DNA of 28,168 nucleotides, from NCBI GenBank assembly GCA_023136205.1, contig JAGLRQ010000051.1, positions 1-28,168 on the forward strand, read 5' to 3'. The notes below the pieces were generated by a model, which was not told where the DNA came from, ran no database searches, and worked only from the letters and a program-made list of their open reading frames with translations. This document shows, in pieces, positions 8,400 through 16,763 of this stretch (position 1 is its first letter; the number at the start of each line of letters is the position of its first letter). The position numbers and the translations under genes are program-made. This DNA is from Candidatus Auribacterota bacterium. GTDB taxonomy: Bacteria; Auribacterota; UBA6266.

Positions 8400-9282
8400 G
8401 GCATTTATTTTTCTGTTAGGCATATTGCCTGAAAATATCTCCTATAGTGTGGGTAGAATGCTTGGGAATATCGGATACCTGTGTGATTTTAGACACAGAA
8501 AAGTTTCCATTGATAATATTAAAACCGCTTTTCCTTCCAAGCGCGGTTTTGAAGTAAAACAACTCGCGAGAAAATCTTTTACGCATTTTGGGATGAGTCT
8601 TGTAGATTTTAGCAAGCTTTCGAGATATGGCATTGATTGGTTTTATTCCAGATCTGAAATGTTAAATTCCGGACCTACATATGAGTATGTTAAGAAAATG
8701 GACAAAGGCGCGTTACTGTTGCTGTCCCATTTTGGGGTATGGGAGGTCCTTGGAACTTTAGGTAAAAAGGAAAAAGTCGAGATTAACGCAATTGCTCGGC
8801 CTCTTTCAAATAAATATCTGAATAATCACATAAAAAGTTTAAGAGAAAAGTTTCCCGTGAAAATAATTGATAAAATGGGCGCGGTTTCCATTGCCAGTGA
8901 ACTGCTTAACAAAAAGAAGCTTGTAGGTATATTAGCTGATCAGAGAGCCGGGGGAAGAGGAGTTTTTGTCGATTTTTTTGGCACAAAAGCGTCTACAGTA
9001 GCAACACCGGCTGTCCTGGCGATTAAAACGGGAACGTTAATGTATCCGATTTTTGGGATAAGGGTTAGTCCAGGCAGGTTTAGGTTATATGTAAAGGACA
9101 GGATCAAAGTTGAGAGTGTAACCGGTGAGTTTGATGAAAGGGTTTTTAAAATAACACAGTTATACGCGTCTATTGTTGAAGAAGAAGTAAAAAAACATCC
9201 TGAGCAGTATTTCTGGATGCACAGGCGTTGGAAGTCCGTACCGAGAAAAGGGGCATTGATGAAGGAAGGAAGGGTAAAGTAG
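8353..9282 (+). CDS. lpxL: Lipid A biosynthesis late (lauroyl/myristoyl-type) acyltransferase, LpxL/HtrB family
   Basis: N-terminal TM segment, then NIKTAFP and the LPLAT catalytic box LLLSHFGVWEV (HxxxxE/D), ILADQRAG, and the C-terminal EQYFWMHRRWK typical of LpxL/LpxM. The GTG start at 8353 overlaps the lpxK end by 47 nt. An in-frame ATG at 8368 is an alternative start. Confidence 0.78.
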   Translation: MRKILMIAYLVYVLVRAFIFLLGILPENISYSVGRMLGNIGYLCDFRHRKVSIDNIKTAFPSKRGFEVKQLARKSFTHFGMSLVDFSKLSRYGIDWFYSRSEMLNSGPTYEYVKKMDKGALLLLSHFGVWEVLGTLGKKEKVEINAIARPLSNKYLNNHIKSLREKFPVKIIDKMGAVSIASELLNKKKLVGILADQRAGGRGVFVDFFGTKASTVATPAVLAIKTGTLMYPIFGIRVSPGRFRLYVKDRIKVESVTGEFDERVFKITQLYASIVEEEVKKHPEQYFWMHRRWKSVPRKGALMKEGRVK

Positions 9283-9308
9283 GGTCTATATACTAAATAC
9301 TAACCAAA

Positions 9309-10346
9309 ATGGCAGATTCAAAAAATAAAATTTTAATCCGCGCGGTAAATTGGATCGGTGACGCGGTAATGTCTATCCCGGCTATAAAGGCAATCAGGCT
9401 TTTATACCCTGAATCTCATATTACTGTTCTTGGAAAACCTTCAGTGCTTGATGTCCTTTCTCTAATCGAAGATATCGATGATTTTATTCTTTATGAAATT
9501 AGTTCAGGAGATTGGGGGTTTGTAAAAAGGGTTTGCCTTGGCAAACTCATAAAGGAAAAATGTTTTGACAAATGCTTTATTTTTCCTAATTCATTTGATT
9601 CCGCGATTGTTCCTTTTGTCGCGGGGATTCCGGAGAGGATAGGGTTTCAGGGGTGCTTTAGGGCACCTCTTCTTACATTAAAAGTGAAAAGGCCTCTGCC
9701 GGAAATGCATCAAGCTGAAAAATATTTTGAACTTGTTAAGGCAGACGGGTTTTCAGGTAATATGCCCGGGTTCAAACTTAAGCCGGGCTTAGATTCTCTC
9801 AAATGGTCTGATGATTTTATGAAATTCCACATTAGGTCCAAGGAGAAGATTGTAGTTGGAGTAAGCCCCGGGGCTGAATACGGGCCTGCTAAGAGGTGGT
9901 TTCCCGACAGGTTTGCCGGCCTTATTAACAGACTTAAAAATGTTTATGACGCGGAAGTAGTTCTGGTGGGAAGTGAGAATGACAGGGATGTTTGCGGTTC
10001 TGTCAATCGTCAGGTTTCCGGAAATATAATAGACATGAGTGGAAAAACAACTATAAAACAGCTTATTGCGCTTCTAAAAAAAATGGATCTTTTAATTACC
10101 AATGATACCGGAACAATGCACCTCGCTTCTGCTCTTGGTATTCCTGTTATAGCGGTGTTTGGTTCTACCGATAACAGAGCCACATCTCCTGTAACCGGAA
10201 AAGTTAAAATTGTAAAAAATGATGTAAGCTGCAGCCCGTGCCTAAAGAGAATTTGTGTAAAAAACACATATGAATGTTTTTCTAAAATCAGTGTTAAAGA
10301 AGTTTTTAACGAAGTTAAGAATATTTTGGATAAACGGAAGGGTTGA
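9309..10346 (+). CDS. waaF: ADP-heptose:LPS heptosyltransferase (GT9), WaaF-like
   Basis: N-terminus KILIRAVNWIGDAVMSIPAIKAIRLLYPESHITVL is the GT9 signature. Also SPGAEYGPAKRWFPDRF and LITNDTGTMHLASALGIPVIAVFG. Whether it is HepI or HepII transferase cannot be told by eye. Confidence 0.75.
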   Translation: MADSKNKILIRAVNWIGDAVMSIPAIKAIRLLYPESHITVLGKPSVLDVLSLIEDIDDFILYEISSGDWGFVKRVCLGKLIKEKCFDKCFIFPNSFDSAIVPFVAGIPERIGFQGCFRAPLLTLKVKRPLPEMHQAEKYFELVKADGFSGNMPGFKLKPGLDSLKWSDDFMKFHIRSKEKIVVGVSPGAEYGPAKRWFPDRFAGLINRLKNVYDAEVVLVGSENDRDVCGSVNRQVSGNIIDMSGKTTIKQLIALLKKMDLLITNDTGTMHLASALGIPVIAVFGSTDNRATSPVTGKVKIVKNDVSCSPCLKRICVKNTYECFSKISVKEVFNEVKNILDKRKG

Positions 10347-10352
10347 TTTATA

Positions 10353-12197
10353 TTGAATAACGGTAAAAATAGTAAATCAGTTTGGATTTTGGGAATTTCC
10401 TGTTTTTATCATGACTCTGCTGCCAGCATTGTTAAAGATGGAGAAATAATCGCTGCTGCCCAGGAAGAAAGATTTACCCGCAAAAAACATGATTTTGATT
10501 TTCCCAAAGAAGCAGTAAATTATTGTCTTAAGGCGGCAAATATCGGGATAAAGGATATAAGTTATGTTGCCTTTTATGATAAACCTTTTATAAAGTTCGA
10601 AAGAATTCTGGAGACTTATCTTTCTTTCCCCCCCGCGGGAATAAAATCTTTTCTGAGTGCTATTCCGCTGTGGATTAAGCAGAAACTGTTTATGAAAGCC
10701 CTGATAAGAGAATATTTAGGATACGAGGGGGAAATTCTTTTTCCCGAACACCATGAATCGCATGCCGCGTCCGCGTTTTATCCTTCGCCATTTAAAGAAT
10801 CCGCTATTTTGACTATTGATGGAGTTGGAGAATGGACTACTACAAGTTATGGTATAGGCAAAGGTAATGATTTTGAACTCCTCGCGGAAACCAGATTTCC
10901 CCATTCATTGGGGTTGCTTTACGCGGCGTTTACTTCTTATACGGGTTTTAGGGTTAATTCCGGTGAATATAAGGTGATGGGCCTTGCTCCCTATGGTGAA
11001 CCGAAATATGTAGATTTAATAAAAAAACATCTTGTTCACATTAATGAAGATGGTTCATTTAAGCTAAATCTTGATTATTTTAATTACTGTGTCGGCTTAA
11101 CTATGACAAACAAGAAATTTGCGCGCCTTTTTGGAGGCCCTCCAAGGAAACGTGAGACACTTGTTGCACAAAAGGAAATGGATATCGCGAAATCCATTCA
11201 GGTAGTTACCGAAGAGATAATGATAAAAATGGCCAGGCACATTAGGAAGGTTACGGGGATGAAGAACTTGTGTATGGCGGGTGGGGTTGCTTTAAATTGT
11301 GTGGCAAATGGGAAAGTATTATCGGAAAAGATATTTGATGATATTTGGATACAGCCTGCCGCGGGTGATGCCGGGGGAGCTCTCGGAGCGGCATTATTGG
11401 CTTGGTATAAGGTTCTTAAAAATGAGCGGCATGCTGATGGAATTAATGATTGCCAGAAAGGTTCATATTTAGGGCCTTTTTTTAATGCTGGTGAGGTAAC
11501 TTCCCGCCTCGACAGGCTGCATGCTGTATATGAAAAAATGGAATATGAGGGAATTCCTGTTCGTGTGGCTGAACTGATAGAAAACGCGAATGTTGTCGGC
11601 TGGTTCCAGGGGCGCATGGAGTTTGGCCCCCGGGCACTCGGAGCCAGAAGTATAATTGGGGATGCCCGGAACAAAGAAATGCAAACGAGAATGAACCTTA
11701 AAATTAAATTTAGAGAATCATTCAGGCCTTTTGCTCCATCTATTTTGAGAGAAAAAGTGAGCGAATGGTTTGAAATGGATTATAATAGCCCTTACATGCT
11801 TTTTGTAACCCCTGTGAAAAGTACCAGGAGAAAAGGGGTAACTGAGGAACAGAAAAATCTTTTCGGAATTAATAAACTTAAAGTTTGCCGTTCGGAGATA
11901 CCGGCAGTTACACATGTTGATTACTCAGCCAGGGTTCAGTCGGTTGATGGAAAGCATAACAAGCTTTATTATGATCTGATAAAATCTTTTGAAGAAAAAA
12001 CGGGATGCCCGGTAATAATTAACACATCATTTAATGTCAGGGGAGAACCGATTGTGTGTACCCCCGAGGAAGCATATATGTGTTTTATGAGAACTAACAT
12101 GGATTATCTTGTTATAGAAAATGTAATTTTCGATAAAAAGAAACAGCCTCCAATTAAAGATAATGCGGATTGGAAGAAAGAATTTGAATTGGATTAA
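10353..12197 (+). CDS. NodU/CmcH-family O-carbamoyltransferase (SxtI-like size and layout)
   Basis: ILGISCFYHDSAASIVKDGEIIAAAQEERFTRKKHD at the N-terminus is the ASKHA/Kae1-like domain of NodU/CmcH carbamoyltransferases. The C-terminal YrdC-like half contains VGWFQGRMEFGPRALGARSI and INTSFNVRGEPIV. TTG start, 6 nt after the waaF stop. Confidence 0.9.
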   Translation: MNNGKNSKSVWILGISCFYHDSAASIVKDGEIIAAAQEERFTRKKHDFDFPKEAVNYCLKAANIGIKDISYVAFYDKPFIKFERILETYLSFPPAGIKSFLSAIPLWIKQKLFMKALIREYLGYEGEILFPEHHESHAASAFYPSPFKESAILTIDGVGEWTTTSYGIGKGNDFELLAETRFPHSLGLLYAAFTSYTGFRVNSGEYKVMGLAPYGEPKYVDLIKKHLVHINEDGSFKLNLDYFNYCVGLTMTNKKFARLFGGPPRKRETLVAQKEMDIAKSIQVVTEEIMIKMARHIRKVTGMKNLCMAGGVALNCVANGKVLSEKIFDDIWIQPAAGDAGGALGAALLAWYKVLKNERHADGINDCQKGSYLGPFFNAGEVTSRLDRLHAVYEKMEYEGIPVRVAELIENANVVGWFQGRMEFGPRALGARSIIGDARNKEMQTRMNLKIKFRESFRPFAPSILREKVSEWFEMDYNSPYMLFVTPVKSTRRKGVTEEQKNLFGINKLKVCRSEIPAVTHVDYSARVQSVDGKHNKLYYDLIKSFEEKTGCPVIINTSFNVRGEPIVCTPEEAYMCFMRTNMDYLVIENVIFDKKKQPPIKDNADWKKEFELD

Positions 12198-12200
12198 ATA

Positions 12201-12596
12201 ATGGAAAAGCAATTAAAAGAGTTGAAAAATTTCGGGCTGGGGTTTGGAAGCGTTATGCTTCTTGTGGGAATAATCCGATTGTACTTTAAAGGGGCTCCTT
12301 CCTCATGGATATTTATTTGTGTTGGAATATACGCTCTTTTTTTAGGGCTTCTGTTCCCAAAACTTCTGTTGCCCCTGCATTTTTTGTTAAAGAAAATCCT
12401 TGGGCTTATTATGTACATTTTTACAATTGTTTTTCTCAGTGTTCTATTTTATTTAGTCTTTACTCCAATAGCTTTAATTTTAAAATTAAAAAGACAAGAT
12501 TTTATGGGCAGGAAGATAGACAAAAAAGAAAGTTCTTGCTGGGTGAAAAGGGAACCGTCCGGAACTCTAAAAGAAGACTATTTGAAGCAGTATTAG
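12201..12596 (+). CDS. SxtJ-family small membrane protein
   Basis: 131 aa with 3-4 TM helices. The N-terminal LKELKNFGLGFGSVMLL and C-terminal ...KRQDFMGRKIDKKESSCWVKRE resemble SxtJ-family proteins as I recall them. It starts 3 nt after the carbamoyltransferase stop, the conserved position for SxtJ homologues. Confidence 0.7.
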   Translation: MEKQLKELKNFGLGFGSVMLLVGIIRLYFKGAPSSWIFICVGIYALFLGLLFPKLLLPLHFLLKKILGLIMYIFTIVFLSVLFYLVFTPIALILKLKRQDFMGRKIDKKESSCWVKREPSGTLKEDYLKQY

Positions 12597-12680
12597 TTTT
12601 TAGGCCTGTAAAAATCTGGTGATGTTATATATAATGTATTGTCTGAATGTGTTGTGAAAAGTTTTTGAAGGAGATTATGT

Positions 12681-12839
12681 ATGTCAAAAATAGCGATTCT
12701 TAAAGAACTATGGGAATTTTTAAAGGTAAGGAAAAAATGGTGGCTGCTGCCCATTGTAATAATGCTTGTGTTGTTCTGCGGGGTAATAGTTCTGTCGCAA
12801 AGTGCCGCGATACAAACAGTTATTTACACCTTGTTTTAA
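12681..12839 (+). CDS. DUF5989 / SxtK-like 52-aa single-pass membrane protein (not in supplied ORF track)
   Basis: My own translation is MSKIAILKELWEFLKVRKKWWLLPIVIMLVLFCGVIVLSQSAAIQTVIYTLF*. The RBS GAAGGAG (12667-12673) lies 7 nt before the ATG. The motif ILKELWEFLKVRKKWWL...P...YTLF matches my recollection of the DUF5989 family, which routinely follows carbamoyltransferase-SxtJ pairs. Confidence 0.7.
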   Translation: MSKIAILKELWEFLKVRKKWWLLPIVIMLVLFCGVIVLSQSAAIQTVIYTLF

Positions 12840-12855
12840 ATACTAATAAAGTTAA

Positions 12856-12909
12856 ACGATGTTTTTACGATTCACGATCCACGAAATACGACGTAAGGAG
12901 TCAAAAAAA
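12856..12909 (+). promoter_or_regulatory. ACGA heptad repeat leader plus A8 spacer upstream of the first GT4 gene
   Basis: ACGAT at 12856, then ACGATtc ACGATcc ACGAAat ACGACgt at 12867, 12874, 12881 and 12888 (exact 7-nt spacing). These run straight into the RBS AAGGAG (12895-12900) and an A8 tract (12903-12910) whose last A is the A of the ATG at 12910. Confidence 0.3.
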
Positions 12910-14097
12910 ATGGAAAACATAAGAGTAGCTTTTGTAATAGAGAGTTTTTCCCCTGATACAGGGGGTGGAGAGAATTCCGCGAGGGTGCTTGCGGATAAAT
13001 TGACCGAAAAGGGGTGTAATATTTCTGTTATTTCGAAAAGGTTTGATTCAAAAAATCCCGCCTTAAATCATATAAAAGTTGTCAGTTGTGGTTTTTCAAG
13101 ATTACTTGACAGGATACTGTTTGCTTTGCACACTGCCTGGATAGTCCGGAGCAAGCAAATCAATATTATTTTTTCTTTCGGGAAAAATTTTAGCATGGAT
13201 ATTTACCGGCCGGGAGGTGGTGTGCACGCCGCGTACAAAGCATATAACCGGAGGTCATATCATAGAAAGATTTATAGAATGTGCCAGGCGTTCCGGGACA
13301 TTATTTCTCCCGAACAGTGGTTTCTTTCCTGGCTTGAAAACAAACAATACAGTTCGCGAAGATTGAAAATAGTAATTGCTGTCTCTAACATGGTAAAAAG
13401 GCATATAAGAAAATGGTATAAAATAGACGGTAGAAAAATTGAAGTAATCCATAACGGCGTTGATATAGAAAGGTTTTCTCCGAATAAAAAGGAGAATACA
13501 GGAGCGGTTGTTCGGAGAGAACTGCATCTTTTGGACGAGATAATAATACTTTTTGTCGCGAATAACTTCAGGCTTAAAGGCCTGAGAACTCTCTTGCTGG
13601 CGCTGGCTTCCCTGGAAGCAAGTGTCCGTGAGCCTGTCAGATTGCTTGTGGTTGGAAAGGGCAAGCTAAAGAGATGGAAGCAGTTGGCATTGATATTAGG
13701 TGTGGAGAAGAATGTACTTTTCCTCGGTATGCAGAAAAACATTGAAAGTATTTATAGTGCTTCAGACATTTTTGTACTGCCTTCTTTTTACGATCCCTGC
13801 GCGAATGTATGTCTTGAGGCTCTCGCGTCCGGCCTGCCGGTTATATCCAGTTCTTCTAACGGTTCAAGTGAAATAATAGAAGAGGGTAAACAGGGGTATG
13901 TTATTAAAGATTCCTCTGATTACCTCTCCTTTGCTTCTAAAATGAACTTTTTAATAAAGAACAAACAGACAAGGATTGAAATGGGGGCAAAAGCGAGGGA
14001 GCTTGCCGAAAAATATTCAATAGAAAGCCGGGTAGATATAATAACAAGCTTGATTAAATTTGTGGCCAGCAGTAATGAAGATAATATACCCCGTTAA
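12910..14097 (+). CDS. Glycosyltransferase family 4 (GT-B, RfaG/WaaG-like)
   Basis: The ORF opens at 12859, but ATG 12910 follows the AAGGAG RBS and gives the typical GT4 N-terminus MENIRVAFVIESFSPDTGGGE. The C-terminal half has FVLPSFYDPCANVCLEALASGLPVISS...SEIIEEGKQGYVI (EX7E region). Confidence 0.85.
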   Translation: MENIRVAFVIESFSPDTGGGENSARVLADKLTEKGCNISVISKRFDSKNPALNHIKVVSCGFSRLLDRILFALHTAWIVRSKQINIIFSFGKNFSMDIYRPGGGVHAAYKAYNRRSYHRKIYRMCQAFRDIISPEQWFLSWLENKQYSSRRLKIVIAVSNMVKRHIRKWYKIDGRKIEVIHNGVDIERFSPNKKENTGAVVRRELHLLDEIIILFVANNFRLKGLRTLLLALASLEASVREPVRLLVVGKGKLKRWKQLALILGVEKNVLFLGMQKNIESIYSASDIFVLPSFYDPCANVCLEALASGLPVISSSSNGSSEIIEEGKQGYVIKDSSDYLSFASKMNFLIKNKQTRIEMGAKARELAEKYSIESRVDIITSLIKFVASSNEDNIPR

Positions 14098-15241
14098 TAA
14101 AAGATTTGCCATACAGAGAGCTCATGATGTCCTTGTTATTAAAACATGCCATGCGCTTGCCTCGGCGGGGCATGAAGTAACTCTTATAATGGGCAAAACA
14201 TGTTCTGTAGAGAAACTCCTTTCTCATTATGGCCTTAAACCTGTTCAAAACTTAAAGATAGTTCAGCTCCCGATTTTAAGGAAAAAGTCGGGTTTCGGAG
14301 TCTCGTGGCATTTCATTTTCAACTTTTTTTGTTTAAAGGCTATTAAAGATATTCTAAAGAAGGAAAACCCGGATTTCCTGTACCTTTCCGAACTTAAAAT
14401 GGCACAGTTCCTTTTGAAGAAGAAAAGTGAGATTGATATGCCTTTCGTTTATGAAGTACATGGTTTATATTCCTCTTATCCTTTGGGTGAAAACTATCCC
14501 CGCGCGAATGAAAAAGAAGGCAATGTATTTAATGGTGTGAATGGGATTATAACAACTACGGAGGGTATAAAAAATATAATCAGGGCAACATATGGCATTA
14601 AAAAAGAAATTCAGGTTGTTCCCCTTGCGGCGGATAGCGCGTTCCCTTTAGGGGAAAAAACGAGTGGAAAATTTAAAATTTATTATATCGGACAGCTTTA
14701 TTATGAGCAGGGAGTAGATTTTTTACTTAATGCCGCTCTAAAGCTCGAAAATGCTGAGTTTCATGTCATAGGCGGTAAACCGGATGAGGTGTCTGGATTT
14801 AAGGATAAGGCGCGGAACAATAAACTGGGGGATAAGATTTTTTTCCATGGATTTATTAAACCTTCCAGGATTGATCAGACGGTTAAGGATGCTGACTGTT
14901 TCGTAATTCCATCCAGGAGTACAGGTAAAATGGGTTATGTGGCCCATACTAAATCTTATGAATACCTGCGGTATGGTAAACCTATAATATCATTTGATCT
15001 TCCTTCAATTAGAGAAGTTCTTAGTAACGGATATAATGCTGTTCTGGTTGCTAAAAATGATCCTGAAGCACTTGCCGACGGTATAAAGAAGATTATGACT
15101 GACAGGAGCCTGTATGATAGACTCTCTCAAAATGCTCTTAAAACATTAAAGGGTCATACATGGGAGATGAGAGCTGAAAGATTGGAGAAAGTGTTTAATT
15201 ATATATTGGAAACAAGAAAAAATGGAAATGTTTGTAAATAA
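14075..15241 (+). CDS. Glycosyltransferase family 4-like (GT-B)
   Basis: The ORF opens with TTG at 14060. ATG 14075 gives MKIIYPVNKRFAIQRAHDVLVIKTCHALASAGHEVTLI. The C-terminal half has FHGFIKPSRIDQTVKDADCFVIPSR...SYEYLRYGKPIISFDLPSIREVLSNGYNAVLV, typical of GT4. It overlaps the preceding gene by 23 nt. Confidence 0.78.
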   Translation: MKIIYPVNKRFAIQRAHDVLVIKTCHALASAGHEVTLIMGKTCSVEKLLSHYGLKPVQNLKIVQLPILRKKSGFGVSWHFIFNFFCLKAIKDILKKENPDFLYLSELKMAQFLLKKKSEIDMPFVYEVHGLYSSYPLGENYPRANEKEGNVFNGVNGIITTTEGIKNIIRATYGIKKEIQVVPLAADSAFPLGEKTSGKFKIYYIGQLYYEQGVDFLLNAALKLENAEFHVIGGKPDEVSGFKDKARNNKLGDKIFFHGFIKPSRIDQTVKDADCFVIPSRSTGKMGYVAHTKSYEYLRYGKPIISFDLPSIREVLSNGYNAVLVAKNDPEALADGIKKIMTDRSLYDRLSQNALKTLKGHTWEMRAERLEKVFNYILETRKNGNVCK

Positions 15242-16763
15242 TAAACAGAAAAATATAGGTTGGGATATAGCCCGTTTATTCACACTGGCATTTATTACGA
15301 GAGTTGTAATGCGTCTCTTATTTTTTGTGCCGGCAAAGGATGGGCTAACATTTATTGAAATAGCTAAGCTGTTTAGATCCGGCAATTTTGATAGTGCCCT
15401 TAACTATGAATATCATCCCCTTTATCCATGGCTGATCAGTATTTTTTCGCGGTTTACCGGTGATTTTATAAGTGCCGGCCTTTTGGTTTCAATGGTGTTC
15501 GCGACATTGCTGGTTATTCCGGTTTATATGGTAACTTTCAGGCTTTTCGGGAGAAAAGCGGCAGTACTGGCTTCAATATTCTGTATTTTTCAGCCGTATT
15601 TTTTAAGGTATTCGTCTAATATTCTTTCAGAGTCACTGTATCTTTTCAGTATCACGATGATTTTATGGATGGGGGTTGAGGGGATATTTAGAAAGAGAGC
15701 AAAATACTTTGTTTTATCGTCCCTCTTTGCGCTGTTGGCCTATCTTACCAGGCCGGAAGGACTGGGTGTTTTACTGGTGTTATGTACATTTTTAATCCTT
15801 GTTCCATTAAAAACAATGAGTTTTTTAAAGAGGGCTTCTTATGTTGTGCTGCTGCTGCTGGTTTTTTCTTTACTCGCACTGCCCTATCTTCTTGTAATAA
15901 AAGAAAACCAGGGAGAGTGGCGTTTTACCCAGAAAAGGAGAATTAGCTCTCTTGTGGGCACAAAGATACCATTGCCTGTCTTTGTAAAACCCTCTCCTGA
16001 AAAAGAGGAGGTAGAGAAGGTAAAGGAATATGATGAATATCCTCTCAAAGCTGCTCCTGAAAGGCCTGAGGGAATAACGCTTGTTCTTTACGGCCTGAAA
16101 GATGTTATGAAGAAATTGCTCAAAGGCCTTAGTATACCGCTGGTTATTTTTTCTTTAATAGGTATTTTCCTGCGTAAATCAGTAAAAAGAACGAAAATGG
16201 AGCTAATTCTGGGGTTTTCATTTATCCTTTATTTTCTGGTACTTGTGATGCTTGCAATGCGTTCGTATATTAGCAGCAGGCACATGGCGTCGATAATGAT
16301 TATGGGGTGTATATATTCAGGTGTAGGGGTAGCGGAACTTCCCCGGTTTATGGTTAAGTTTAAAGAAAAATATGTATTGTGGATGGTAATGATCCTTTGC
16401 GTCATTGGCCTTTCAGTAAAAGGGTTTAAACCCATAGGGAAAGATAAACATTCAAGAAAAGTTGTTGGAATATGGATAAAACGTCATTATCCCAGCGAAC
16501 TTATTATGAGTTCAAGGATGTCAAGGATTCCTTTCTATGCTGACGTTGAGCATTTTGATTACACGGATTATAAGAAAAAATATATTCTTATGGAAGCAGG
16601 CAGCAGAAATGTTACGGTAGCGGTTATAAATTTACGGGATAAATCTGAGGCTGATAATGATTTATTAAGTCTTTTAAGTGAGAAAAATTCTAAAGAAGTT
16701 TATCATAAAGAGTTTAATCCTAAGGAAGAAATAGTGGTTTACCAATTGAGGTTAAATGAGTGA
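15222..16763 (+). CDS. GT-C fold membrane glycosyltransferase (family 39/83, ArnT/PMT-like) no. 1
   Basis: 513 aa with about 10+ TM helices. The N-terminal region AKDGLTFIEIAKLF...YEYHPLYPWLISIF is the first periplasmic loop motif of ArnT/PMT_2-type enzymes. There is a soluble C-terminal domain. It overlaps the upstream gene by 20 nt. Confidence 0.75.
   Translation: MEMFVNNKQKNIGWDIARLFTLAFITRVVMRLLFFVPAKDGLTFIEIAKLFRSGNFDSALNYEYHPLYPWLISIFSRFTGDFISAGLLVSMVFATLLVIPVYMVTFRLFGRKAAVLASIFCIFQPYFLRYSSNILSESLYLFSITMILWMGVEGIFRKRAKYFVLSSLFALLAYLTRPEGLGVLLVLCTFLILVPLKTMSFLKRASYVVLLLLVFSLLALPYLLVIKENQGEWRFTQKRRISSLVGTKIPLPVFVKPSPEKEEVEKVKEYDEYPLKAAPERPEGITLVLYGLKDVMKKLLKGLSIPLVIFSLIGIFLRKSVKRTKMELILGFSFILYFLVLVMLAMRSYISSRHMASIMIMGCIYSGVGVAELPRFMVKFKEKYVLWMVMILCVIGLSVKGFKPIGKDKHSRKVVGIWIKRHYPSELIMSSRMSRIPFYADVEHFDYTDYKKKYILMEAGSRNVTVAVINLRDKSEADNDLLSLLSEKNSKEVYHKEFNPKEEIVVYQLRLNE

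Noticed and set aside
12607-12635. Possible internal promoter (TATAAT at 12630-12635) ahead of the 52-aa ORF
   Set aside because: The -10 hexamer is perfect, but the best -35 at 17-bp spacing is TGTAAA. TATAAT occurs easily by chance in AT-rich DNA, so this is not reportable as a feature.
12305-12922. Track ORFs 12305-12622 (+) and 12710-12922 (+)
   Set aside because: They are out of frame with the SxtJ-like and DUF5989-like ORFs, whose sequences and positions after the carbamoyltransferase make sense. The alternatives have no RBS and odd, Cys/Arg/Ser-rich translations.
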